This document shows, in pieces, positions 27,756-39,743 of a DNA stretch of 64,000 bases; positions within the stretch are counted from its first letter, which is position 1; each line of letters opens with the position of its first letter. A program made the position numbers and the translations under genes. The DNA comes from Tubiluchus corallicola (Eukaryota > Animalia > Priapulida): contig JAQGDQ010000406.1 of NCBI GenBank assembly GCA_030141605.1, forward strand, positions 58,464 to 122,463. Reading direction: 5' to 3'. Below the pieces are notes generated by a model. That model searched no databases. It was not told the DNA's origin and saw only the letters and a list, made by a program, of their open reading frames with translations.

Positions 27756-29854
27756 TTAATGTTTATTAATATAATATTACTATTAATTGCATTTCCCATA
27801 TAATTCTTGCTAGGGGTTTTAGGCTAAGTTCTCACCCAACCCCCCTAGCTGATTTTATTCATGACAACAATTTCAGCAAGAGTGCCTTCAGAAATTGACA
27901 GCTCTGCCAATTATCTCTAGTCTCTCTCTACACAACTTACTTTTTTGCATTGTCAAATTCCAAACTTTGAGAATGACTACTCCAATTGCAAAAGACAGCC
28001 TGAAACTGAAAGCTGTTCTCGGTGTACTGATAAAATAATTTTTCTGCAGCGAATAACTAGGCCTGTCAGTGATTACTATTACAAAGGTAACACGAATTGT
28101 TTTCTTCAATGCGCATATCTTCCGCATTACACGAAATTGCATTCACTTCCTTTCGCCACCTGCAACTTGTAAGATCTCTTTTTTAAATAAATAAAATGCA
28201 CCGTTTGCCATTGGATGACCCCATAGATTTATAACAAAAGGCGTCGTCCATAGATATCATTTATACGTACTCGCTTATTACTCGGTTCTTACTGGTAGAC
28301 AGGTGGTCCAAGGTAAAATGCTGCAGCCATGAGTGCTGTGTGCTAAACAACGACTAATATAGTACATAGTAAATTATAAAGTACATGTATAGCTGAGACA
28401 AAAAGTATCCATGATGCACTCAATACTTTGTGTCCAAGCTTAAATGTGCCACGGCCTGTCATCATTGACACCTTTTGGAGACATTAAAGCGACTATCACG
28501 CATGATAGGAGTTAACCGCCTGTAAAGGTACAATGATACTTGAGTACTGAATCAATTCGTTAAGTGCAGCAATGACTCGCGGCCCTCAAGCTTTTGTTGC
28601 AGAAGTCTTACTAGCAAATATTTTGATTATGACAATGGCATAACAATTAAGTATTTTTCTGGGATATATTATCTTAGCTTCTACTCTATCTTTATAAATA
28701 ATTCTGATCTTCAAATGTTTTCAGTGTGGCTGAATTTCCAGGTCATTTGGCTGTGCCTGAAAAGTCAATGCAAGAGTTTTCAAGTAGCTACTCAGATATA
28801 AAATGATGGCTGCACTAGATGCAGAATTCTTTTACACCAATGTTGAGGACAATGTTGTAGATTCTAAATTGGTTTCGTGAACATTGATGTATTAATTGTT
28901 CTGTGCTACAAAACTTTTACTGTGGAGTATCATAACTATATCTGCCATAATATTAACTTTCAATGGTTTCACCTTATTTTACCCTCATACAGGAGGTAAT
29001 TCATCAAACACGATTAAAAATCCAGGAACATAAAAGTGCTTACTGTGATCTATATTCTTTCTTAATAATGCCCAGTAGCGCTTCTTCTGCATCAATATGA
29101 TTTATGGGGTTATTTTCTTTAATTTAATATTATCTGAACTGTGTGATTCAGTATGTAAAACAAAATGAAATAATGTTTGAAAGGAATGCCAACTGCGACC
29201 TTTGTTCAGATCTGTATTACATGAAGCTGCAAGAAAACAAATTGAACCAGCAAAATTCGACGTTTACCTCACGATGATATGAAAAATGTATCAGGAACTA
29301 AGATCAAACAATCACATTCATGCACCTGGGTGCTTTGTCGAACTATTGAGAAAACAACAGTATCCAACCAAAGACACACACTCTACGGTGGTGCCATTAC
29401 AGCATCAGGGATGTACAATACAGCTCAATCAACGACCATCTGTACCACTCTCGATTTGGTTGTACAGTTACCTGACGTTTTTCATAAGACGATCTCTACA
29501 GGTCAGCCTCACGATCAAGATGTTTTATTATTACGCAGCATCCGACCAGGCAGCTGTAAAGCTACATTGAGCACTTTTCAAGTGACCAGACAACTACATC
29601 ATGCTACAGCATAACAGACAGGATATGTTGAGAGTCTATGATGAGAAGATCTTCACATTGAATATCTAACTACCATGGTACTTACTAATAGAACAATATA
29701 TAATAATCATCCAGCATAACCTACAGTTCTGGATTCTAAAAACAGCCAAAAGGGCCCTGGGTCATTGGCCCAGGAGGACCATATTCTTTTGACAATGACA
29801 TCCATTTCAAGGTCATTAGACAGAATAGCATGTGATACATAAAGGTTGGAGACA

Positions 29855-29978
29855 CCTGATTGGTTAAGAACCACGTGTCATGTTTAGTACCGTGTTCATT
29901 GGTCTTCTGCTCACACGGTGTATTTGTGATCACGTGACCGTGCTGTGTCCGCCATTTTCGTTAAAAGCGACAGTAAGT
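29855..29978 (+). promoter_or_regulatory. Putative housekeeping-type promoter and non-coding first exon
   Basis: Inverted CCAAT box (gattgg), two CACGTG E-boxes, YY1-like CCGCCATTTT at 29949-29958, then donor gtaagt at 29973. Confidence 0.5.
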
Positions 29979-30329
29979 AATTGCGCGAAATATCATTATA
30001 GATTTTTCTTATGAATTTGAAATACCGTGTGATTGAGACGCTCAATGAAAACAGCACGTTTTTAATGCGCCCTTAACAATTTTGCACTACATTTGTCATA
30101 ACAAGAAAAATTTATTTTTTGAATGTTAATTTTGATCCTAGGCCAGCGTTGTAAAGTGATAACGAATAGAACCTTGCTATTTAGTTTAGTTCAGTCTTTT
30201 TCATATCTATTAATATATAAACAAAATTACAGAAGAACATCTGCTAGCACACTGTACGTAATTAGATCTCGTTAGCCTCAAATGGATGTCCGCGTGAACG
30301 ATATCGCAAACCGTATGTAATTATACAGT

Positions 30330-30725
30330 AATTATTCCTCTCGATAAAGCTGTATTTCTACCCATTCTGGAATACGCGTCGGTCGTATGGTCACCCCAGT
30401 CTGCTACGATCAAGAATGCTTTTGAAAGAACTCTGGATAGATGAACTCATCTTGCTTTTGATTTGGATCCAATTTCGATTTCTACTCTCGAGCAAAGGCA
30501 TGTAGACTTTGTGAATTGCTTCAAAATAATTAGTGGAAATACTGTTCTGACAGAGACAGACTTCTTTTCCAGGCCTCACAGAGTTCTTCGTGGTCATGAG
30601 TTTAAGTTATTGTTGCAACCAGCTAGAACCAACATCAGATCACTCTTCTTAGGGCATCGAGTTGTTCAGTCATGGAATTCATCATCAACCATCAGTGCTT
30701 GATCAGTTGTCAGTTTCAGAGGACA
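30330..30725 (+). mobile_element. CR1-type LINE 3' fragment
   Basis: LPILEYASVVWSP, LEQR..DFVNCFKII, RGHEFKL, RVVQSWNS. Confidence 0.8.
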
Positions 30726-31422
30726 TTTGAGAGAGGACCATTTACAGATAGTTATCATCAAGGTCCTTATTTCTTTGGATAAGGTATTAAGAATATTATT
30801 ATGAGTCAGCGGAAAAGTCTTTGTTTTTGTTCGGTTTTTGTTTTAATTGCAATGGTTATATTATTAATAAGTTACCGACCTTCATAATTTTTTGTTACTG
30901 AACATCATGATTTTGTTTAACGGAAACTTAGTTTACCAGCGTCAGTGATAACTGACTTAGTTTACCAGCGTCAATGATAATTGATAGTATGATTTGTCCA
31001 TCATCTTACAGTATTGCTAGGTATGGTATTTGCAGTGTTTTCACACATGTTATTAGAGGAGGCATTGCTATTATTTTCAAGACCACCTCTATGCCGTTAG
31101 TTGATTTTAATGTATCTGCTGTTCAATAATCGGTATCAATACTGTGTATCTATAGATCCTGTAACCCTAACTAAGATTTCCACATTTGGTGTTTCTGAAA
31201 TTTTACTACTACATGAAACTGACCAATTTATTGAGCCATGTTTTACTAATGATCTTATTGTGTGTGGTGATTTTGATGTTATAGATGTTAAACTAGGTAA
31301 ACAAGATTTGTTAGATGGCTATAAAACTTTAAAAGTTAAATCTAACTGTTCAGCAGGACAGATGTTTTTCTACATTTTTAACCTAGTGCCATCTGTTGGC
31401 TAGAATAGCAAATATTATTACA

Positions 31423-32900
31423 TCCTCCTCTTTTTAAGAAGTCAGAAATTATTTCAAAAAGAAAACTATACTTAAGTGATCATCAGTAGTACTTAATCAA
31501 AATGATACTAGAATTTGTTGTTTTCTTTATACAACGTTGAAAATTACAAAAGAAAATTGGCACTACTGTGTACAGACACATTAACTACCTTATAATTGGA
31601 CTTACAAGAAGGTTACAGTAATTGAAAAAATTTATACAGGAATGTCTGTAGAAGTTCAGAAACTTAAGTAGGCACTTTTGATACTCTTCCTGTTTTGGTT
31701 TTCATAACAGCAGATTGCTATGGTTCCACAAGTTTTCCTTTATTCTGTGTTGTCGCAGGTTTTAAACTTTTAACCTTGGAATCACTGAAGATATCAACTG
31801 GAGTCTCTACTTTATTGGTTTTTACTGGTGTATGATTTCCCGAAAGTCTAATTACTGTTTTATCTCCTACAACTGTTTTGCTATTTGTAATGACCGGCTG
31901 ATGTTCTTTCTCTGATATACGTATGACTGTAACTGGTGGAGGTTCATTGGTTTACTTTAACTGCATGCTGTTAGATGGAAATGTGCCTTCATCCGTATCT
32001 ATTATGTGAGACCTCTCATCAAGTCTTTTCTGAACCATTCTCTTTTTCTAAAATGTTTCATACTCATAGTGTCTCCTTCTAAAGCTGATAAATCTTTAAC
32101 CCTTCTATCATAATTCTCATTTTGTTATCTTTCAGTATTTTTAATCTTCTTTTCTCCTTTTCGTGATTTATGCTTCTAGGCTTTAACAAACTTGCCAACA
32201 TTGGTAATCTTACCCTACCGCTTTGCATTGGACTGCTACAAACTTCTTGTGTAGGTATATTATGGGTTTTCCAACATCATCATGTAGGGATTGTTGCTTG
32301 TTTTTTTTTACTTTCTTCAATATTCTTTTAGCGGCCTTCACCGCCGATAATGCTTTTCCATTCGCTTTGCTATAAGTTCCATTCTTTCTCAAATTGTCGA
32401 AATTCTGCTGGAACAAAATTACTCCCATTTTCACTAATGACTTTCTCTGGTATTCCGTGTCTTGAAAAGTTTTGCTTCAGCTGTCTGATAATGCTGCTCG
32501 AATTTGTTTTGCATATTTGTCCAACTGTTACTAAATAGTCTGAATCATCGCATGTGAACAGATCACAATTAATCTTTTACCAAGGTCGAGATACACACTC
32601 TTCTGTCACCATTGTCTCCTTTTGTTGGAATGTCTCATATGTTCTACATGCTTCACAAGTTGATATATATTCCTTGATTTCAGCTGACATCCCAGGTCAA
32701 TACAATGCTTTTCTTGCTCTACGCAAGCAATCGTCGATAGTTTAGGAGGTAAACGATTTTTTTGCTCTACAGATGCCTTCTTAGACTTACGTATATATCT
32801 CAAAAGTACAAACCCGATTTTGACAGATTTTTAATTAGGGGCACCTGATATTGAGAAGACATCTAAATCACCTAGCAGCTAAAGTCTTCATTTAGAAGAA
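31423..32900 (-). mobile_element. Ty3/Gypsy integrase and 3' region relic
   Basis: CLRRARKALY*PGMSAEIKEYISTCEAC (integrase Zn-binding region), HGIPEKVISE, ANGKA.SAVK. PPT AAAAAGAGGAGGA|TG at 31423-31435. Confidence 0.8.
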
Positions 32901-35783
32901 CAATATTCAATCAATGGTCTGACATATAAGCGTTCATCAAGATTTGTTTGTGTGTATATGAGTGAGACTTTATTCAGAAAAGTTGCTAGTGATATATTCT
33001 GCCACAGTTTTACAAGCACAGTTTGCCAATTTCAAGTCTTTTACATTCTGATGTTTTGTAGTTTCTTGTCAGTATTTATTGTCGGCTTTTAATATTGTGC
33101 AATGTACTAGAATATAGCATTAAAGATAGTGAACTTCATAAATTAATAAACTTAAATTTAAACTACGTATGACTGCATAGTGTATTCCTGTCAGTCTGTG
33201 TGCTATGTAGCGTTGCCATTTAGCTACGCTTAACTCTGGAAACGTATATCAAAGGATAATAGTTAGTACATGGTAAAATCGTCTAATTAATTACTTGATT
33301 AGTTGAATATTTTACAAATTTGTTAGAAATATTGTTTTAGAACATATTCTTTGAAACCTTCATTAAAAAAACGATGGTGAGGTTGGGCTTTTACTTCAAA
33401 CTAAATTTGGTTAGCTGGTTTTTGATCGTTCACTCAAAAAATTTGCTGCTTCACTACACATGCATTTTGACTGAGTGTTATTCTGGTACATTAGCTTTTC
33501 CCATCATTTCAGAAAAAAGCTCCAAACAACTCGAAATTTAGTTGTTAGATTTATTCTAGGTATAATTGGTTCTAGCGAGCATATTGATCTGACTCATTTC
33601 AGTGATGTTAACTCTGTGCATATTTCAAAACAGTTTAGTTAGTTTAGCTTTGTTTATTTCAAACCCTAGTTAGGTTAGACTTGGGCTACTGTTATGCTTG
33701 ATACTAGAGGCAGGACTATTTATTCACAGTCTGGCCAATTCGCATTGTAAGTGTAGTTTTCTACACAGTCACTGTCTTATGGAATAACCTGTCAAACATT
33801 GCTGTATTTAGCATTCTCTTTTTAATCACACTCTAAAAAGTATCTGTTTCTGCTTTCTACAAAAAGCAGCAAAATGCTGTACAAAATTCTACACATTTGA
33901 TTATCTTAGCATCATGAGTGGGTTATTAAAATAAACAACTGTAACTAAATGGCAATTTTGAACCATTAATATTTTAGTTCTAGAAGACTTGATAACATTT
34001 AATCTTTTTATATACTTTAATAAAACGCATTCAGTTTATTTCCTGCTGCTTTTATTAATACTTTCATATGAAACCAACCACATTTCAGTGAGTGTCAACT
34101 ACCCCTATTGCAAGACAAATCCTGCCAGATATTTTCTAAAGAATACAGCCCTTTACAATAGAACTGCTACATAATTATCAAAATCAGTAAATTCATAAAT
34201 TTTGTAAGTTGTAACAAAGCCAGATAGTGCTGACATGCATGGCCAATGCTACATGCAAAAAATCATCTCATAAACATGTAGAAACAGGAAAAACTAATTA
34301 CAGTAATATGCCATCTGTAATATACAAAAATAATTTATCTAGGAAGAGAGGGAGGGAGGATAAGTGGTGAGATGGGTATGGTGGGCAGATTCGAGTCAGC
34401 TCAGTGTGAAGAATTAGGGTGGCCTGTCACCTATTGACAATCCAACATAGACAAAAGTATTTTACCCCCTTCATAATGATAGGTATAGTGAGAATTGGCT
34501 CAGTGTGCAGAATTAGAGTACCTATCGCCTTTGACAATCCAGTATTAACAAAAGTATTTATGATTCTCCCACCTTCTGAAAGGGAGGATCTAGGATTTGA
34601 GCAATTGTACCAAAAATATTATAGTAGCAGGTTTTGCCTTATAATGTGGGGAACGTAGATGATAACTTTGCGTGATGGCCAGTAATGACCCTGAAATCAA
34701 GGGTCAAATTTTGGAAAGCTAAGAATTACCAAATGTGGCCAAAAACATCAGCATTTCATAAACGAAATTTGGACGTGATAAATGTTTGACATTATTTAAC
34801 CAGGATGTATCCCTGGGAAATGAAAATTTGTGAACCAAATTCGGCCAAAAACAATGACCTGTCAGTTGTTAAGATGTTCAATGTATTAACAGTCAGGACC
34901 TTCAGCATCATTGATGCACTGGTTGGTAAATACTGTGATACACCATCAACTGAGACTGGTAGATTTTTTTGAGTAATAAGTATATTTTAAGCCCTCTGCA
35001 GTACTTTTTGAAGATTATACCCATGGTAGGCTGATTTAGTAAAAGAAGGTAGACACTACCAGTCATGCAAGTAGATGCTACGCTAGCATCTAAAGCATCT
35101 GACAGTTATGTGAAGCTCTGAGAAACAGTCCCGAATGTTGTTTTTACATACATAATCCTGAGTATTTTCTTATAAATGTAAAATGAGATACCATTTTTTA
35201 TTTCTTGTTATCTTATTGAATGCCTATGTTAAATGTGTTGTGTTTTATTTTTTAGTTACCTTTAAAGGCTGTAAAACTCAAATATTACCGTTATGGCCAT
35301 TAGCTCCTTCCCGATGGTTACATACATTTACATTCATCTATGACGAGTAAAAACAATGCCTTATTAACTAAGCTTCTCACTCTCCAAATTCAATGAAATT
35401 TATGAACGAAACAACCAGCATACAAGTAAATCACATAAAAACAAAAAAATCTGTTGTATACTTCGTTTTCAGTCTTTGAAGAAGTTTTTTGCAAACTAAT
35501 GGATAAAAGTTTTGCTTTGCGCTTGTACAGCTTCTTAGCGTAGCAGTGAATGTTGATCTGCCCTGCCACTTACTAGCACCCCACGGTAATGTTTGTTGTC
35601 ATCTGGGTGTGTGTTCATAGAATGTAACAGCCCGCAAGCGCTGAGCAGCGAGCAGTACTCTGAACACACTTGAATGTTATTATGCTTTTGATTGTACCAA
35701 AGAGCTGAAAAAATATTAACAGCGCTTTTTTCTTTTTTGAAATTTTGAACAATTTCACAGCTGGATTTATCAGTTGGGTAGCA

Positions 35784-35929
35784 ATCATTTACATATTGTA
35801 TATAGTATGTAGCAGTAATTTCTGTACATTTGTTAATAAAACTGCATATAAGCTATCATTTACATATTGTATATAGTATGTAGCAGTAGTTTCTGTACAT
35901 TTGTTAATAAAACTGCATATAAGCTATCA
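35784..35929. repeat. 71-bp direct tandem duplication
   Basis: atcatttacatattgtatatagtatgtagcagta..aaactgcatataagct occurs at 35784 and 35855. Confidence 0.95.
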
Positions 35930-36509
35930 AATTTTCACTCAGTGAAAAATCTGTTGCCAATAAACAAATTCATAAAACAGTTAATTGTTTCTCACATGCT
36001 AAGTTACTATGTACAACTACTGATCATTCTGGTAGTGCAGGCTGTCAATTCAATAGCCAGCACAAGACAGACTCACATGCAGCAAGTGGTTGCATTCCTG
36101 TGCAAGTTTCATAACACCTTAACGCATTTGAACAGCTGTCAAATTTGGAATGTTAGAGTGCTTTCAATACTTTTCGCAAAATCTTGTACAGAAAAGAATG
36201 CTCTACAGTTTTTATGTTGAACAGTTTTAGATGCAAGCTGTGACTTGGAAACTAGAAAGCTTTGAAACGAAAATTCTTTGAAAATTCTACAGACTTTTCG
36301 TATAATCGTGTTAATTACACAACAAAAATAAAAAAATCTAAGCATTTTCTTACCATGCTAGGAAAAAATGTAATGCTAGGTGAATGTAGATGGCTTCTTA
36401 GAACAGGGAGAGAATGAACTTGGAAGTGATAATTCCAGTTATATGCATTTGTGTGAGAGTATTTAAATTTTATTAAATAAGTTCTTTTTGTCACCACATG
36501 TATTTTGAA

Positions 36510-37153
36510 CTAAACAGAGGAACTTTGGAAACTTAATTTGTAAAAATTTATGTTTCATAAAAACAAAGTAATGTATTATAGCCACGTTGTTGTCATTTAA
36601 TTTGCTTTGATAACCTAGTGTGTTGAACCATCCAACTAGTTGAAAATGCACTGTTAGAAAATGCAGTATGCTACTTTCATTCACAGACACTAGACAGAGG
36701 AACTTTCCGTTTAAATAAAAATTGAGGCTAGTAACTTCAAATGTCAACCTAAGATTTAATTTGTAAATATTTATGTTTCATAAAAACAAAGTAAAGTATT
36801 ATAGCCACGTTGTTGTCATCTAAATTTGCCTTGATAACCTAGTGTGTTGAACTGTCCAACTAGTTGAAAATGTACTCTTAGGAAATGTAGTATGCTACTT
36901 TCATTCACAGACACTAAACGAAGGGACTTTGGAGACTTAAAATCCATTTAAATAAAAATTGAGGCTAATGACTTCAAATGTCAACCTAAGATTTAGTTTG
37001 TGAATATTTATGTTTCATAAAAGAAAACTAAGTATTAGAGCCTCGTTGTTCGTCATCTAAATTTGTTTTGATAACCTAGTGTGTTGAACCGTCCAACTGG
37101 CTGAAAATGTAGTCTCAGGAAATGCAGTATGTTACTTTCATTCACAGACACTA
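36510..37153. repeat. Three diverged tandem copies of a ~180-240-bp unit
   Basis: tttatgtttcataaaa, gataacctagtgtgttgaac and ctttcattcacagacacta each recur three times. Confidence 0.9.
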
Positions 37154-37208
37154 CACAATTCTCACTGTTTTGTTGTTCTTGCAGGTATCAACTGTATTTC
37201 TACAAGCA

Positions 37209-39743
37209 ATGGCTGATGTTTTGCTGATGACTAATGATGCCATGCAGAAGGATGACCCTCGAAACGTGACAGCCAGCGAATTCAATAATCACGTAAATGC
37301 CAGTAGCCCAAGTAGCTGTGAAGGCACGAACATTAGTGAATGTGATATTAGAGCAGTAGAGAAAAATGGAGAAAGTAGTCCTTCAGTGAAAGTAAATGGG
37401 GTAGTGGAAGAGATGGATTCAGAAGCAGCAGATACATCATCACCGTTGGATGGTCAGCCCAAGGCAAAATCTAGCGAAAATCCTGAAGAAGATGGTAATA
37501 CTGAGGCAATGGAAGTAGAAATTTCAAAATCGTTAAGTAATGTTCGTGATATTGAGAATGAAGAGAATGTAGATCCAGCTAAGAAAAATGTCACTGAGCG
37601 AGTTGAAGGTACCATAAAACAGAGAGAGAATGAACTTGGAGAATCCTGTAATGCATCTGCTCTCAGCACAGATGAATGCCAACTAGAGCTCAATAATGAA
37701 GATTTAATAAAATCTTCGGCAAGGTCCAACGAGACTGCGAAAGGCAATGATGACAAAACAAACGAAATTCAGAAAATGGGGAAACCAAGCAACACTCAGT
37801 CGATCAATTTGAATAAGTCTATAGAAACTAATCTTACACATATAGAAGAAAGCACAAATAATGAGTCAGACTTAGTAGTCAATAAGAATAGCTCCATTAA
37901 GCCACTTGATTTTGATAAATGTAGTGAAACTACTGAAATACAATCTAGCAATGGTAAGCCGATTGTCCTTGTTAGTAGCGAGTGTTCCATTGCTGTAAAG
38001 CAATGCAGCATGTCAGTATCTCAGGCATTAGTGAAAAATGATAAGCCAGAATCAGTAAACAAAACTGTAACTGCTGCTTCAAGAACAGTGTTAGCTCCTA
38101 AAGTTACTCAGCCATCTGTGGAACCAAGGAAGATACCAAGATATGGTGCATTTAATCAGTTTGTTTTTGACATTGGGCTTGATTTGGTAACTGAACGTGT
38201 GTATAGAGATGGTCAGTTACAGACTGAAAAAAACCTTGAAGAAAATCCTAGTGACCAAATGCAAGATCGATTGAGTCGTATTAACAAAAGCCTGAAGAAA
38301 TATCAAAAGAAGAATGAACAGTTTCATTTTAAGCATAAAACCTGCCAAGGTTGTACCTTTCAGACTGAGTCCAATTTTGTTCTAGAGCTTCATCAAATGT
38401 TTCCTCATTTTGAAAACCATTCCGACATTTTTTTTCGATGTGCCAAGTGTGATTTTAAAACTCGCCAAAATCATAAAGCAGACTTTGCATTTCATATGGA
38501 AGCACAACATGCATCCAGAGCTCGCTTTGAACGGAAACGATCATTTTTTGAATGCAACTTATGCCATTATGAAGATAACAACAAAATTAAAGTTGCGAAA
38601 CATAGAGAGAAGTGTGCTAGAAGCTTTAAACTGGCTCGCAATTTGCTCCCAGTGCCTGGGCATGAGATGCCTCATCCAATTCCATCACCTGCTTCAATTG
38701 CTAGGAGTGAGATGCGTAGTAATGCAACATTAACTGTGAGAACTGCTTCAAATTTTGGTTATCGTCAAATAATGCCATCTTATCAAGTGAATACAGGTGG
38801 CAGACCTAGTTACATATCTGTGCAACAGGCTTCGAAAATGCAACCTCCAGGATATTTAAATTCTAGGATTATTTACAGCCAAGGAGGAAACGTTCTACAG
38901 GCAAGATCGCAACTTTATCAGCCTCGTATAATACCGCAGAGAACAATTCAAGTTGGTAACAGAGCACCAACTATTACAACATCTCGAGTGCCTGCTCCAG
39001 CTATTCGGCCTCGAGTTCCTATTGCTCCTGACAAATCCTTGTCAACATTTGTTGTGTGCGAAATTTGTGATGGCTATATAAAAGATCTAGAAAGTTTGCA
39101 GCGACATATTCTGTGGATACACCATGTTGAAGTTCCAAATGTCAAGCAAACTCCTCCTTTAAAATGTTCTCACTGCTCTTCTCGCTTCTTCACTATTAAA
39201 GGTTTAGAACGTCATTTTCAAAAAACTCATAAGACTAAAGGCATTGTAATGAGTTCTGCCACACAGAACATTCAAGCACAGCCTAATACTGTTGTAACTG
39301 CTACATCAGCACGTGTAGTTTCGGCAACTAATTCGACGGCTGTTGCATCATCAGTTCCCGTGCCAGTTGCGCTGTTTCAAAACATTAGTAATATGTCAGC
39401 ACATGCTCCGCCAGTGGTTGCTACATCTTCTCAGCCACGGGTGCCAGTGATTCCAAATAGTGCGACAGTTGTTCGCAATCGTGCGCCCTCACCTGTATAT
39501 AGATGCATTTCCTGTAAGCGTAGTTTCTACAGTCATCTTTTCTGGTTGAAGCATATTAAGGAGAAGCACATGCCTTCATGTTCAGTAAAACTTTGTGGAA
39601 GAGTAGAGCAGTGTAATAAGTGTAAAGCTCGATGTGAATTGGAAAAGATTAACATCAACCTGGACTTTCCTCTACCTGAAGAAGGGGAGCCTGTCATTGA
39701 TATAGAAGCTGATGATGATAAAGAATTAATAGTATTAGAATAG
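37209..39743 (+). CDS. MEP-1: MEP-1-like (MOG-interacting and ectopic P-granules 1) C2H2 zinc-finger protein, 844 aa, single coding exon
   Basis: IGLDLVTERVY, FECNLCHYED..K.K..KH..KC...F....NL and FVVCEICDGYIKDLESLQRHILWIH..PPLKCSHCSSRFFTIKGLERH resemble hallmark Drosophila/C. elegans MEP-1 motifs. Acceptor ttgttcttgcag| at 37184, first ATG 37209, AATAAA at 40757. Confidence 0.85.
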   Translation: MADVLLMTNDAMQKDDPRNVTASEFNNHVNASSPSSCEGTNISECDIRAVEKNGESSPSVKVNGVVEEMDSEAADTSSPLDGQPKAKSSENPEEDGNTEAMEVEISKSLSNVRDIENEENVDPAKKNVTERVEGTIKQRENELGESCNASALSTDECQLELNNEDLIKSSARSNETAKGNDDKTNEIQKMGKPSNTQSINLNKSIETNLTHIEESTNNESDLVVNKNSSIKPLDFDKCSETTEIQSSNGKPIVLVSSECSIAVKQCSMSVSQALVKNDKPESVNKTVTAASRTVLAPKVTQPSVEPRKIPRYGAFNQFVFDIGLDLVTERVYRDGQLQTEKNLEENPSDQMQDRLSRINKSLKKYQKKNEQFHFKHKTCQGCTFQTESNFVLELHQMFPHFENHSDIFFRCAKCDFKTRQNHKADFAFHMEAQHASRARFERKRSFFECNLCHYEDNNKIKVAKHREKCARSFKLARNLLPVPGHEMPHPIPSPASIARSEMRSNATLTVRTASNFGYRQIMPSYQVNTGGRPSYISVQQASKMQPPGYLNSRIIYSQGGNVLQARSQLYQPRIIPQRTIQVGNRAPTITTSRVPAPAIRPRVPIAPDKSLSTFVVCEICDGYIKDLESLQRHILWIHHVEVPNVKQTPPLKCSHCSSRFFTIKGLERHFQKTHKTKGIVMSSATQNIQAQPNTVVTATSARVVSATNSTAVASSVPVPVALFQNISNMSAHAPPVVATSSQPRVPVIPNSATVVRNRAPSPVYRCISCKRSFYSHLFWLKHIKEKHMPSCSVKLCGRVEQCNKCKARCELEKININLDFPLPEEGEPVIDIEADDDKELIVLE

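Noticed and set aside
37122-37208. Signal-peptide-like N-terminus of the 873-aa ORF
   Set aside because: It lies in a tandem repeat and polypyrimidine tract upstream of the acceptor at 37184; a nuclear ZnF protein more likely starts at 37209.
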